A DNA stretch of 64,000 bases from a virus: IMG/VR virus record IMGVR_UViG_3300030061_003795. The stretch is one strand, 5' to 3'. Within the stretch, counting starts at the first letter, position 1. The number at the start of each line of letters is the position of its first letter. The position numbers were made by a program, and so were the translations under genes. The notes beneath the pieces were generated by a model that saw nothing but the letters and a program-made list of their open reading frames with translations, was not told the DNA's origin and made no database searches. Below are positions 1 through 10,096 of the stretch, piece by piece.

Positions 1-1
1 G

Positions 2-589
2 ATGGAGAAAGTAAAAGAAAAAATTCAAACAATGTTAGATGGCCCTATAGGAAGTGTATTAAATGCTTTTAAGAGTATTGTCAAAAGTGGATGGGGATTA
101 TATACAGTTATAGGTCTCATAACTACAGTAGGTTTAGTTAAAATGGTTAGTGGTATAGGAAATGCAGTCAAAATGCTTAGAAAAATGAAAATAGCATCCA
201 GAGCTGCTGCCGTAATGGATATTGTTGGTTCAGCTTTTAAAAGTGTAGGGTGGGTTCCTCTAGTTGGTGCTGCTTTAGCGGGGGCAGCAGTTGGTGCAGG
301 TATGGCTTATTTAGCTACTGCAGATGACTTGATGTCTCCACCAGGATATGGTAGTAGAGTTTTAACCTCTCCTGCAGGTTCATTTGCCCTAAACGACGGT
401 GATACAGTTCTAGCAGGTACCAATTTAGGTGGTGGGGGTGGAAATGATGCAGCTATGGAGAAAATCTATGATAGAATCGAAAGATTAGCTAGTAGACCAA
501 ATATTATGATGATAGATGATAGAGTATTAGGGGAGGCAGGATCTGCGGATATTTCTACATATGGTGGATATCCTAGTATTATAGGTTAA
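2..589 (+). CDS. Tail tape measure protein, C-terminal part (5' truncated by window)
   Basis: Ala/Gly-rich amphipathic and hydrophobic helices; ends in a DDLMSPPGYG..NDGDTVLAGTNL-type tail; lies upstream of baseplate-like genes. Confidence 0.6.
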   Translation: MEKVKEKIQTMLDGPIGSVLNAFKSIVKSGWGLYTVIGLITTVGLVKMVSGIGNAVKMLRKMKIASRAAAVMDIVGSAFKSVGWVPLVGAALAGAAVGAGMAYLATADDLMSPPGYGSRVLTSPAGSFALNDGDTVLAGTNLGGGGGNDAAMEKIYDRIERLASRPNIMMIDDRVLGEAGSADISTYGGYPSIIG

Positions 590-628
590 ACTTTGCTATA
601 TTTATAACAAACACCAAAACACAAAATT

Positions 629-1090
629 ATGGGACTAAAAGATTTATTATTACAAGGCCAAACAGCCAACAACCAATCATTGGAAGGCAATAAGGGACCT
701 CAATTTGCTGAGTATGTTAATACAGCATACTCTGTAGGGCAAGAACCAGGACCACCAAACGTAATTGGTGATACAATTGCAGAAAGAGGATTAACTCAAG
801 ATTATAACTATACTTACGGAAATTCATCAGCAACAGCTGTAGCATCCCAATTAGATTTAAATGGAGCTAAAGGCCCTCAATTCTCATTTTATAGAAATAG
901 TGCATATTATAACCTTACAGAACTAGACCCTGCAGGAGGACCTGATAATATTGTTGATACTATTGCGGAAAGGAGTTTAACTCAAGATTATAATTACACT
1001 CATGGGAATTCGTCCGCTACAGCAGTAGCATCACAATTGGATTTAAATGGGCAGTTGCCTGCAAAATACACAGATAATTTGCCCACATAA
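629..1090 (+). CDS. Putative virion structural protein with two ~60-aa tandem repeats
   Basis: KGPQF...DTIAERxLTQDYNYTxGNSSATAVASQLDLNG occurs twice; located in tail module. Confidence 0.5.
   Translation: MGLKDLLLQGQTANNQSLEGNKGPQFAEYVNTAYSVGQEPGPPNVIGDTIAERGLTQDYNYTYGNSSATAVASQLDLNGAKGPQFSFYRNSAYYNLTELDPAGGPDNIVDTIAERSLTQDYNYTHGNSSATAVASQLDLNGQLPAKYTDNLPT
692..1054 (+). repeat. Intragenic tandem duplication (units ~692-868 and ~869-1054)
   Basis: Second halves nearly identical in protein, with synonymous nucleotide divergence. Confidence 0.85.
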
Positions 1091-1092
1091 TA

Positions 1093-3087
1093 ATGGCTTT
1101 AAAAGATCTATTAACAGAAGAAGATTTTCAATCCATATACCTTCAATCTTTCCCTTTACACGAGGAATTTAATTATGGAGCGGGACCTATTATTTCTACG
1201 GGATTAAATAAAAGTAAAGACAGTGTTCTTAATTTTAAAGCTATCCCTTTTGGAAAGGATCAACCTAAAGGGGGAAATTCAAGACAACCATACATTATAT
1301 CAAATATCCCTGAAGGAACTGAAAATTATGCTTTTAAACCATACGCTCTTTTTGGGGATTCTGAAGTAGGATTAACAAGTGGAGGTGAAGGAGTCTTAGA
1401 AACTATAAATTCAGTATCAAGTGGTCTTATTAGGGGGGGAGCTATATCAGCAGGAATTCATTCAGCTACTGATGCTTTAAGATTGGCTCAATTTGGAATA
1501 GATTTAGAAAAAGGTATACCTTTTATAGCTAAACAGGTAGGTTTACAATTAAGTAATGTTAAAATGGAAGCTCCTTCTAAATCGGCTTCACTTCTTAATA
1601 ACAATAGAATATACAACTTAGGAGTTAATACAATAGCTCAAGCAGGAGTAAATGCTTTTGGGTTACATTTTAGAAGACATGGATTACTCCCATCTCCTTC
1701 AGAAGGACAAAATGATGATACTGGATATTATAAATTAGCTACAAGAAATAATCTAGCCAACGATAATAGATTAGTAACTTTACTAGACCAACAATCTAAA
1801 TCAGACCAAAAAGATTTACTACCTGGTAAAAAAGAATTTTTCAATGAATTATATAGTTATTCAGGAGGTCCTAAATCAGTATATGGCATAGGAAAGACAA
1901 CTATAAGATCATATGTAAATACTTTAAATCAAGATATATTTTTTAATGAAGATAGTGAATTAGGTACTCCTAAACTTTATAATTATCTTTCCTTAGATCA
2001 ACCCTCTTCTCAAGCCCAGAAAGCAGGAAATAATGAAGGGCCCTCTATTGGAAATAATGGGAAAGTTTATTTAAATAAATTATCCGACTTTAGAAGACTT
2101 AAAGCAGACAAATCTACAGGAGGGTTAGGAGCTTCCTACAATAAAGTATCTTCTGATTATGGGTTACTTAATATGGAAAGGAGATTAGGAATAGGTACCG
2201 GGTATGATGAATTTAATAATCTAGGTATCATAAGAGCTGTTTCTAAAGAAGATAAAAGTAATCCACAAACTAAGGATTTAGTTAAGTTTTTTATAGAAGC
2301 CGTTAATAATGATAATCCTGAAGAATCTGATTACATATTTTTTAGAGCATTTATAGATAGATTTACCGATAATTATTCCTCTAAATGGAAAAAATATAAT
2401 TTCGTTGGAAATCCCGAACCTTTTTTCAACTACGATAGTTTTGATAGAGACATTAATATATCTTTTAAAGTGATAATCTTTCGACAAGAAGAACAAAGAA
2501 GTGTATATACTAGACTAAATGCTTTAATATCTCAGTTAATGCCCGATTATAAATCAGGTAATACTAGAGCAAGAGCTCCATACATAAAACTTACATTGGG
2601 AGATTATTTAAATAGAGTTCCTGGTTTTATTTCTCAGTTAAGTATTGATCCTGTCCAAGAAGCAGCTTGGGAAATTAATTTATACGATGATGAAACTATT
2701 CAAAGTTTACCTCAGGCCCTAAACGTTAACCTTAAATTCCAACCAATACACAATTTTGTACCTAAAAAAGTAACAAAAAATGACACAGATGTTCCTTTTA
2801 TAACTTTAAATTCTAGAGTAAAAGATGGACTTAGTAATACTCAATATATTATAGGGGGGGAAAGTAAAGATGGAATTCCATTAGATAGTTATAGTCGAGA
2901 TATAGAGTCGGATTTAAAAATAACACAAGAGACGATAAATAAATCACTAGAAGAAGAAGCAGAAAGAGCAGAAGAAATATCATTAACCTCTCAATTTGGC
3001 TCAGGTGTTGAAGTCAATACTTCACCCTTTGGTCAAGAAGTAGGAGGAATAGATCCTAACTCTAAAGACAACCCCTTTAATTTTTAA
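1093..3087 (+). CDS. Tail tube initiator/baseplate-type structural protein
   Basis: C-terminal FRAFI..F.DNY...W....FVG..EPFFNY.SFDR.I.ISF..RAPYIKLTLGDY..VPGFI pattern typical of contractile-tail tube-like baseplate proteins; context. Confidence 0.6.
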   Translation: MALKDLLTEEDFQSIYLQSFPLHEEFNYGAGPIISTGLNKSKDSVLNFKAIPFGKDQPKGGNSRQPYIISNIPEGTENYAFKPYALFGDSEVGLTSGGEGVLETINSVSSGLIRGGAISAGIHSATDALRLAQFGIDLEKGIPFIAKQVGLQLSNVKMEAPSKSASLLNNNRIYNLGVNTIAQAGVNAFGLHFRRHGLLPSPSEGQNDDTGYYKLATRNNLANDNRLVTLLDQQSKSDQKDLLPGKKEFFNELYSYSGGPKSVYGIGKTTIRSYVNTLNQDIFFNEDSELGTPKLYNYLSLDQPSSQAQKAGNNEGPSIGNNGKVYLNKLSDFRRLKADKSTGGLGASYNKVSSDYGLLNMERRLGIGTGYDEFNNLGIIRAVSKEDKSNPQTKDLVKFFIEAVNNDNPEESDYIFFRAFIDRFTDNYSSKWKKYNFVGNPEPFFNYDSFDRDINISFKVIIFRQEEQRSVYTRLNALISQLMPDYKSGNTRARAPYIKLTLGDYLNRVPGFISQLSIDPVQEAAWEINLYDDETIQSLPQALNVNLKFQPIHNFVPKKVTKNDTDVPFITLNSRVKDGLSNTQYIIGGESKDGIPLDSYSRDIESDLKITQETINKSLEEEAERAEEISLTSQFGSGVEVNTSPFGQEVGGIDPNSKDNPFNF

Positions 3088-3093
3088 GATAAA

Positions 3094-3399
3094 ATGGCTC
3101 TATACAGAAACATAAACATAGACATAAACTTTAAAAAAGGTAAAAGATATTTAAATTCTACTAAATATCCCTCTATTCCTATAAACGATAGTGACATTCA
3201 AATATTAACAGATTCAGGAGACCGTTTAGATAATTTGGCTTTTCAATTCTATGGTAATACAAGTTATTGGATTTGGATAGTTTTAGCTAATCCTGATAAA
3301 GTAAGAAGAGACAGTTATTATATAACACCAGGAACCCAATTAAGAATACCCTCAAACATAAATGGTGTTATAGCAGATTTTAAAAATATAAATAAATGA
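3094..3399 (+). CDS. LysM/tail-X-like baseplate wedge protein (gp53-like)
   Basis: GDRLDNLAFQFYGNTSYWIWIVLANP...PGTQLRIP. Confidence 0.8.
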   Translation: MALYRNINIDINFKKGKRYLNSTKYPSIPINDSDIQILTDSGDRLDNLAFQFYGNTSYWIWIVLANPDKVRRDSYYITPGTQLRIPSNINGVIADFKNINK

Positions 3400-6300
3400 G
3401 TTTTTATAGGGCGCCTTTTAGAAGTTTTGTATCCAACCAATTAAATACACGAGTCAGATTACTAATCCCTGAAAATAGGAATTCTGATTGGTATCAACAT
3501 TATTTATCAAAAACAGCATTCTTAAGAGTAGCCCCCCTAGTAAATATAATGGATGAGACAATTACAGGAACATCATCTCCCACAGAATTTTCAAAAAATT
3601 ATGTACTAGAAGGATCTCCTCTTATTTATGATAAAGGTGGGGAAGGATCAACTAAAAGTAGATTATTTAAACCCTCTCAATTTCCTTCTCAACTTAACAC
3701 ATCAGGAAATACTAACTCATTATTAAATAACCCTACTTTAAGAACATCCCCCGATTCAGATGGATTTGGTATAGTTCCTCCTCCAGGAGTTGTCTCTTTT
3801 TCAATAAAAACTAAATCATTTTATGGGAATTTGAGAGAAGCTACTTTAAGTATACGATGTTTTAATATAAGTCAGTTTGAAATTATAGAAAAAATATATT
3901 CTAGGCCAGGTCACCACGTATTAATAGAGTGGGGATGGTCTCATTTTCTATCTTATAATAATAAAACAAAAAAGTTTGAAAAGGAAAATATAGCGAATAT
4001 AATATCAGATGCAGATAATAAAAACTTTTGGTCAGATAAAGTAGACGCGGGAAAACTTTATAGGGACATTGATGAAAATAAAATAACATATAAGGGGTGT
4101 TATGATGGTTTTTTAGGGATTGTTAAAAACTTTGATAGTAGTGTAGAAGCAGATGGTGGTTTTTTATTAAAAATTCAATTAATAGGAAGAGGAGATTTAA
4201 TAGATTCTTTAGATTTAAGTAGAAGTGGAGAAATTCCCGATTATGTTTCACCTAGGGACTTGTTTTATATTAGAGAAGTAGGCACTACTAATATAAAAGA
4301 AGATAAAACTATAAAAATTATAACAAACGGAACTGAAGAAACATCAGAAATTAATAAAGAACTAGCCGCTTATAAAAAAACCACTTCAACTACTTCTAAC
4401 AATTTATACAATTATTTACTATATACAATTAAACAAACCCTACTTAATGCTATAGGAAAGGGAGATGATGATCCTTTACTACTTAAAGCCCTTAAAATTA
4501 GAAAGAATGTAGATTCTATTGCTTTATCAAATTCTTCCCAAGCCCTTAGTACTTATGATTCAAAAATATTTGCTAAATTTAAAAAATCCTGGAAATCATC
4601 TGTAACAGAAGGATATGACACAGGATTGGGACCCTACATTAGATTAGGACATTTAATAAAAGTGTTAAATTATCTCTGTATTCCTCCCGATGGGAAAGGA
4701 AAACCCTTAGTATCTATAAATAATTTATTATATACCTCAGACTTTAATCCTTCAAACCCTAGTCAAAAACTAAGCGTATATCCTAGTTGTTATAATTCTT
4801 TTATATCAGAATTCAATGATAAAAATTATCCTAGCAAAATATTAGAAAATTTCCGTTCATCCCCCCAGGAATTTAAAAGAGAAGTAGGATGGGAATTGTA
4901 TGATTACATTAGAGCCAATAAACTTGACGAAATAAATGATAACGGTGCAGAAAATAAAGCATTAGCAAGTAATATCGTAATTCCTAGAATTGTAAATCCT
5001 AATAGAACTGCTGATTTAGGAAACCCTGCCATATCATACTGGACGAATGGAACCCCCAATCCTGGTAGACAAGCAATAAAATCAGTAGCATTAGTCGAAG
5101 ATATTATAAAACAATCATTAACAGCAATAGGATCTTCATCTCCATCAACTGTATTATTTCCTCACCAATTTAGTGCATTAGAAAATAATTTTGACAATTA
5201 TACGCAACCAGAACGTGACACTGGATTAGTAGGAAACTTTGGCAATCCTGGGGATTCTTATAACCTAAGAATAGTTACAGATTTTAAAGGTAGTAGATAT
5301 GATGATAGTAATAGAAAGTTATTTGATTTATTTGCAGATCCCTTTTCTAAGGGGCCTATAGATCCCTTCAATTCCCAAACAAGAAAAGTAGATTCAAGTA
5401 ACACAATAATAAATAGAAGTGAGGAAATAAAAAAGGGAGCTCCCAAAGCATTTTACTCCGATGATGCTCCTTCTTCTTTATCTACTCATGCTATAATAGA
5501 TGCCCTAGAACAATTAAAAGAAGGAAATAAAATTTCTGAAAAATATTATAATGGTATTTGGGATAAAAACCTTAAAAAACTCCTAGGAATTGAGTCAAGA
5601 GAAGTAACAGACCCTACTTGGGGTAATAAATATAATACAGCAGTCCCTAAAGCAGGATTAAAAAAAGAAATGAATTCTTTAAAAGATAGAAGTAATGGAT
5701 TATTTAACCCTACTAATGTTATAGATAATATTTATATAAATGCTCTTTGGTTACTTGGTATTGTAGAAAAGGACAACGATATTACCTTAAATAGTTTTTT
5801 AACAAAAATATGTGATCAGATAAACAAGGCTTCTGGAAATTCAACCGAACTAAAAGTATCTACAAACCCTGTATTTAACGATCAAATTTCTATAATTGAT
5901 TTTAAAGTTAACTCAATTTCTGCTAGAAAAACAAAAATGTTTTCTTTCCCTAAAACTGGGAGAACTTCTCTATTTAAAAAAATCGACTTAAAAGGAAAAA
6001 TCCCATCAGCTCAAGCATCTTCTATAGCAATAGCTGCTCAAGGTCCTCGAAATGAAGGAAATATTTTATCTGTAACATACAAAGCATTCGTAGATGATGT
6101 TCAAGATAGGATATCTATATCAAACTCTTCCGCAGGCCCAACTGCTGCTACTTTACAAAATAGAAATAATGATAAATATAACGCTTATAAAAGAAGATTT
6201 ATCCAATACTTAATAAGTTCATTAAATGTACTTAAGCTTTATAGGGTAATAAATATTCATACTCCACACACAACTAATGAATGGTTTTCTGCTCTGGAAG

Positions 6301-6950
6301 AATCAGCAATGTCTTCTTTAAAAAGTATAAGTCGCGTAGCACCATTTTTATCATCTAATCAAGTTATAGGAAGTGGATATAGTAATGCAGAGTGGGATGA
6401 ATTAGACCCTAAAAAACGGGCAGAATTATTTAGAAGATTTGGAAAAACAACAATAAATAAATTGATTTTCAATAATAATCGTGATGTTGTGTCACTTGAT
6501 AACCCTAGTTTACCCTTAACAAGTGTAATTCCACTAGAAGTTACAATAACTATGGAAGGGGTTTCGGGAATATTAGCTTCGAATGTATTTAAATTATCCC
6601 CAGGAATCCTCCCTGACAGATATAATCAGGAAAGAGTAAGTTATATGATTAAATCAGAAAGTCAAAGAATAAATGGATTAACTTGGGAAACTACATTAAC
6701 AGGTTTGATGGTTCTTGATGATGTTCTTAAACCACCTACTTCAGGAGAGTCCCTTACTAAAGATGGAGTTACATTAACAGACTCTAAGGGAAATAAAGAA
6801 AATATAATTATCGACCCTAAAGATGCAGAAAGTAGGTTTGAAGATGACATTCCAGTAACTGAATTATCTAATAATCAGCCTCAACCTAATATTGAAGAAG
6901 ATAATATTAAATTAAAACAAACTAAAGACAAATACAAAAACTTTACCTAA
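3396..6950 (+). CDS. Large baseplate hub-like structural protein
   Basis: PPPGV.S.SIK...GNLREAT....RPG..VLIEWGWS and C-terminal IPLEVTITMEGVSG...WETTL; follows LysM wedge gene. Confidence 0.6.
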   Translation: MSFYRAPFRSFVSNQLNTRVRLLIPENRNSDWYQHYLSKTAFLRVAPLVNIMDETITGTSSPTEFSKNYVLEGSPLIYDKGGEGSTKSRLFKPSQFPSQLNTSGNTNSLLNNPTLRTSPDSDGFGIVPPPGVVSFSIKTKSFYGNLREATLSIRCFNISQFEIIEKIYSRPGHHVLIEWGWSHFLSYNNKTKKFEKENIANIISDADNKNFWSDKVDAGKLYRDIDENKITYKGCYDGFLGIVKNFDSSVEADGGFLLKIQLIGRGDLIDSLDLSRSGEIPDYVSPRDLFYIREVGTTNIKEDKTIKIITNGTEETSEINKELAAYKKTTSTTSNNLYNYLLYTIKQTLLNAIGKGDDDPLLLKALKIRKNVDSIALSNSSQALSTYDSKIFAKFKKSWKSSVTEGYDTGLGPYIRLGHLIKVLNYLCIPPDGKGKPLVSINNLLYTSDFNPSNPSQKLSVYPSCYNSFISEFNDKNYPSKILENFRSSPQEFKREVGWELYDYIRANKLDEINDNGAENKALASNIVIPRIVNPNRTADLGNPAISYWTNGTPNPGRQAIKSVALVEDIIKQSLTAIGSSSPSTVLFPHQFSALENNFDNYTQPERDTGLVGNFGNPGDSYNLRIVTDFKGSRYDDSNRKLFDLFADPFSKGPIDPFNSQTRKVDSSNTIINRSEEIKKGAPKAFYSDDAPSSLSTHAIIDALEQLKEGNKISEKYYNGIWDKNLKKLLGIESREVTDPTWGNKYNTAVPKAGLKKEMNSLKDRSNGLFNPTNVIDNIYINALWLLGIVEKDNDITLNSFLTKICDQINKASGNSTELKVSTNPVFNDQISIIDFKVNSISARKTKMFSFPKTGRTSLFKKIDLKGKIPSAQASSIAIAAQGPRNEGNILSVTYKAFVDDVQDRISISNSSAGPTAATLQNRNNDKYNAYKRRFIQYLISSLNVLKLYRVINIHTPHTTNEWFSALEESAMSSLKSISRVAPFLSSNQVIGSGYSNAEWDELDPKKRAELFRRFGKTTINKLIFNNNRDVVSLDNPSLPLTSVIPLEVTITMEGVSGILASNVFKLSPGILPDRYNQERVSYMIKSESQRINGLTWETTLTGLMVLDDVLKPPTSGESLTKDGVTLTDSKGNKENIIIDPKDAESRFEDDIPVTELSNNQPQPNIEEDNIKLKQTKDKYKNFT

Positions 6951-6955
6951 CAATT

Positions 6956-7690
6956 ATGGATCCATATGATTTTGACGTAATAGAAACAGCTAGAAAGATA
7001 GCCAAACAATGTACTGGAGGGTATAGATGGGAGAAAGGTGGACCAAGTACTACAGGAACTTGTATTAATATTGAATTTGAAGGAACAATGGTTTTAAAAG
7101 CTACCTCCGATAAAAGTACTTATTGTAGTGGTTTTTCTTTTTCCACATTTTTCATAACAGCTCTCTATAGAAATTTACTAGACGATAAAACGGCAGCAGA
7201 TATAAAAAAGATGCAGCGTATATGGTATTCGGGTAAAAAACCAAGCCTTAAACTTTCAGGGGATGCCATAGTAGATTATGGTTTGGGGAAAGAAGTAACC
7301 TTAGAAGAAGCCAAACCAGGAGATTTTTGTCAGATATGGAGAACAGGAGGAAGTGGACACAGTGTTATGTTTATAAGCCATATAAAATCAGACGATAAAA
7401 TAATAGGAATTAAATACTATGGATCTAATAGCAGCACTAAGGGCCCCGGCGAAAATACAGAATATTTTAGTGATGCAGTAACTCCTTCAAACATAAAATC
7501 ATACAAAAAAAGACTTATAAGAACCCCCTCTACAGAAAAACCTTACAACTACACTTCTTTTGCTAGATTGGCTTTAGGCCCACCTGAAGATATTGAATAC
7601 GTAGCCCCTATAGGTGCGGTTACTGGTAGTATTCCTCAAACTTCTCCTATTGTAGATACTGGTTTTGGTGATAATTCATATATAGCATAA
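6956..7690 (+). CDS. Putative Cys-His (NlpC/P60-like) hydrolase, tail-associated
   Basis: TYCSGF...KPGDFCQIWR..GHSVMF arrangement of catalytic Cys and His. Confidence 0.45.
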   Translation: MDPYDFDVIETARKIAKQCTGGYRWEKGGPSTTGTCINIEFEGTMVLKATSDKSTYCSGFSFSTFFITALYRNLLDDKTAADIKKMQRIWYSGKKPSLKLSGDAIVDYGLGKEVTLEEAKPGDFCQIWRTGGSGHSVMFISHIKSDDKIIGIKYYGSNSSTKGPGENTEYFSDAVTPSNIKSYKKRLIRTPSTEKPYNYTSFARLALGPPEDIEYVAPIGAVTGSIPQTSPIVDTGFGDNSYIA

Positions 7691-7701
7691 TATTTATTGA
7701 T

Positions 7702-8259
7702 ATGGGAATATTATTAAAATCACAATATAGTATAAAATACGCAGCAAATGAGGATAGCTTAGCCATATCTAGTGCACCATCTATCCCCTATATAGGCCCT
7801 TATATTAATACTATTTTTGGAAAAAAGTATGCAGGAGATTCTTTATTAAATAAAGGAGAATATTTAGTTGATTTAGTTTATCCCGAATCACAAAAAGCAG
7901 GGGAAGATTTTTTCCCTTATGATCGCTTAAAAAGTGATATAGCTAGTGAAGCAAATAAGAGAGAACCTATAATAGGAAAAAATCTACCACAAACAAAAGA
8001 CTATAAAAGAGGATTTTTCTTTAGATATTTTTATATGGATCTAAGAACCAAACTTATTATAGAGACTACTAAAGAAGAGTATGATAGTACACAAATAGAT
8101 TCTAATATATTTAATAAAATTTCAGTAGAGTGGAATCTTAAGCCCCTTAGTAATTTAAATAAAAAAACAGTAAATAATCTATCAAAACTTGGTAGAGTTA
8201 ATATTTCTCCGTACGATTACGTAACAAAACGAAACGAGGAAACTCCATACACACAATAA
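7702..8259 (+). CDS. Hypothetical protein (end of tail module)
   Basis: 185-aa ORF with YIGPY and DYKRGFFFRYF motifs; no function recognised. Confidence 0.5.
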   Translation: MGILLKSQYSIKYAANEDSLAISSAPSIPYIGPYINTIFGKKYAGDSLLNKGEYLVDLVYPESQKAGEDFFPYDRLKSDIASEANKREPIIGKNLPQTKDYKRGFFFRYFYMDLRTKLIIETTKEEYDSTQIDSNIFNKISVEWNLKPLSNLNKKTVNNLSKLGRVNISPYDYVTKRNEETPYTQ

Positions 8260-8261
8260 CA

Positions 8262-9602
8262 ATGTTAAACATTATAGAAACTCCATCCCAACTAGAAGCA
8301 TTTAAGTTGGAGGAGGACTTTGAACAATGTTACGTTGATTTTATTCAAACAAATGAGAATAAACATCCGAGCTTAGATTCTTTAACCTCCCTCTATATAT
8401 ACAGCTTTAAACAAGAACAAGGATTCTTAATTAATTTTACACACCCAGACGCCTTAAAGTTAGACATTTTAAACTTTGACTTCTTAAACGAATACAAAGA
8501 CATACTAGTTTACGACAAAAAATATGCAATGCATATGTTTGATTATCTTCCTTACACGGATCTTCAATCAATTTACTATGCAAACACTGGAAAAACTCAC
8601 ACTCTTGATTCTAAACCTCTTATATATTCTCACTTTTATAGAAAATTTCCTTCCACACAAACAAACAAAATAATTCCGTTAGGAAAATTATATGAATGGT
8701 GCGAAATTAAGCGTATTAATGCGCTACAAATAACGGAAAAATATTCTCCATCGGATACCACAGAATGGTATAACCGCGTTTTAATTCCAACACTCTACAA
8801 CGTTGAAAAACAAGGAATTCCCACACACGAAATACAAGAAGTATTTGATATTAACTCAGAATTGTCATTAAAAAGTGGGCTTTTCTTTAGTTTATATAAC
8901 TACCAAACAACCACAGGAAGGCCATCAAATAAATTCAACAACGTTAATTTTATGGCTCTCCAAAAAGAAAGCCAACAACGAAAATGTATTGTACCTCAAA
9001 ATGACTACATATTAGAAATCGACTACGATGGTTACCATCCAAGGATAATAGGAGATATTGTAGGATTTGAATTCGATGCCGAAACTTCTGTGCATGAACA
9101 GCTAGGTAAAATGTATTTTAAAACAGAAGAACTATCTAAAGAGCAATACGCGAAGTCGAAGGAACTGACTTTTAAACAGCTGTATGGTGGGGTGTTTGAA
9201 GAATTTGCTCACCTGCCCTTCTTTGATAAAACAATAGATTTTACAGTAAGCTTATACTACAGATTTAATGAAGAAGGATATATTTCGCTACCTATTTCTA
9301 AACGTAGATTTTACAAAGACAATTACAATGAAATAGGACCACAAAAGTTATTCAATTATTTCATACAGATGAGTGAAACAGAAAGAAATATGGAAATAAT
9401 GTACAAACTAAATGAGTTTTTAGAAAATAAAAAAACCAAACTCATAATGTATATGTACGATGCTTTTATATTTGATGTAGATGAAAGGGATGGAAAAAAT
9501 ATTAAAAGTGAATTAGATTTAATAATTAGAAATAACAAATTTAGAACAAAAGCTAAACAAGGTAGTTCATTTGGGGAATTGATAGAAATAGATTTAAACT
9601 AG
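8262..9602 (+). CDS. Short, divergent family A DNA polymerase-like protein
   Basis: TTTGRPS, motif A DYDGYHPR, motif B KELTFKQLYG, FNYFIQ, motif C MYDAFIFD. Confidence 0.75.
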   Translation: MLNIIETPSQLEAFKLEEDFEQCYVDFIQTNENKHPSLDSLTSLYIYSFKQEQGFLINFTHPDALKLDILNFDFLNEYKDILVYDKKYAMHMFDYLPYTDLQSIYYANTGKTHTLDSKPLIYSHFYRKFPSTQTNKIIPLGKLYEWCEIKRINALQITEKYSPSDTTEWYNRVLIPTLYNVEKQGIPTHEIQEVFDINSELSLKSGLFFSLYNYQTTTGRPSNKFNNVNFMALQKESQQRKCIVPQNDYILEIDYDGYHPRIIGDIVGFEFDAETSVHEQLGKMYFKTEELSKEQYAKSKELTFKQLYGGVFEEFAHLPFFDKTIDFTVSLYYRFNEEGYISLPISKRRFYKDNYNEIGPQKLFNYFIQMSETERNMEIMYKLNEFLENKKTKLIMYMYDAFIFDVDERDGKNIKSELDLIIRNNKFRTKAKQGSSFGELIEIDLN

Positions 9603-9660
9603 TTTCCCTGTTGAATACGTATCGCAGTAATGATACGATTAAACCACTCCTTAAAAGGTT

Positions 9661-10047
9661 ATGAATAACAAAATTCATCTCACCTTTACTTACCCAGACA
9701 ATCTAGATAGTGTTTTGGAAAAAATTGAAACCGATTATGAGGTTTTCATGGGAAAAGTCTTTGTCCTAACAGATTTGGATAGTACTAAAGTAATGTGTAC
9801 ATATAATATTATAAGTGGAGGTGGGAAAACTAGGCTACCCAATACCATTTTAGTACACAGAAAAAAACAAACAAATACTTTATACACAATAAACGCTCTG
9901 AATGAACTAATCAAAAATTTAAATAATGGTGTATTAGACAAAACATACCCCATTGAGTGGAATGACTACAGAAGTAGTTTACTACTACATCAAAACAATG
10001 AATTTAAGGCAGTAAGAACAAAGCTTTTTAAAATAATTAAAGTTTAA
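9661..10047 (+). CDS. Hypothetical phage protein
   Basis: 128-aa ORF within replication module (NTILVHRKKQTNTLYTINALN). Confidence 0.6.
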   Translation: MNNKIHLTFTYPDNLDSVLEKIETDYEVFMGKVFVLTDLDSTKVMCTYNIISGGGKTRLPNTILVHRKKQTNTLYTINALNELIKNLNNGVLDKTYPIEWNDYRSSLLLHQNNEFKAVRTKLFKIIKV

Positions 10048-10078
10048 TTTGGTTGTCTAAATTTTCTTTCTTACATTA
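10048..10078 (+). promoter_or_regulatory. Host-sigma (Bacteroidota-type) promoter TTTGG-N19-TACATTA
   Basis: Motif with same spacing recurs upstream of several genes; here upstream of SSB. Confidence 0.7.
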
Positions 10079-10096
10079 CAACAAAAATAATTTAAT

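Noticed and set aside
9618-9660. Hairpin CGTATCG-CAGTAA-TGATACG with a UCGCAGUAA string like a preQ1 aptamer loop
   Set aside because: Ligand-pairing C and A-rich 3' tail are absent and the downstream gene is unrelated; at most an operator or RNA hairpin.
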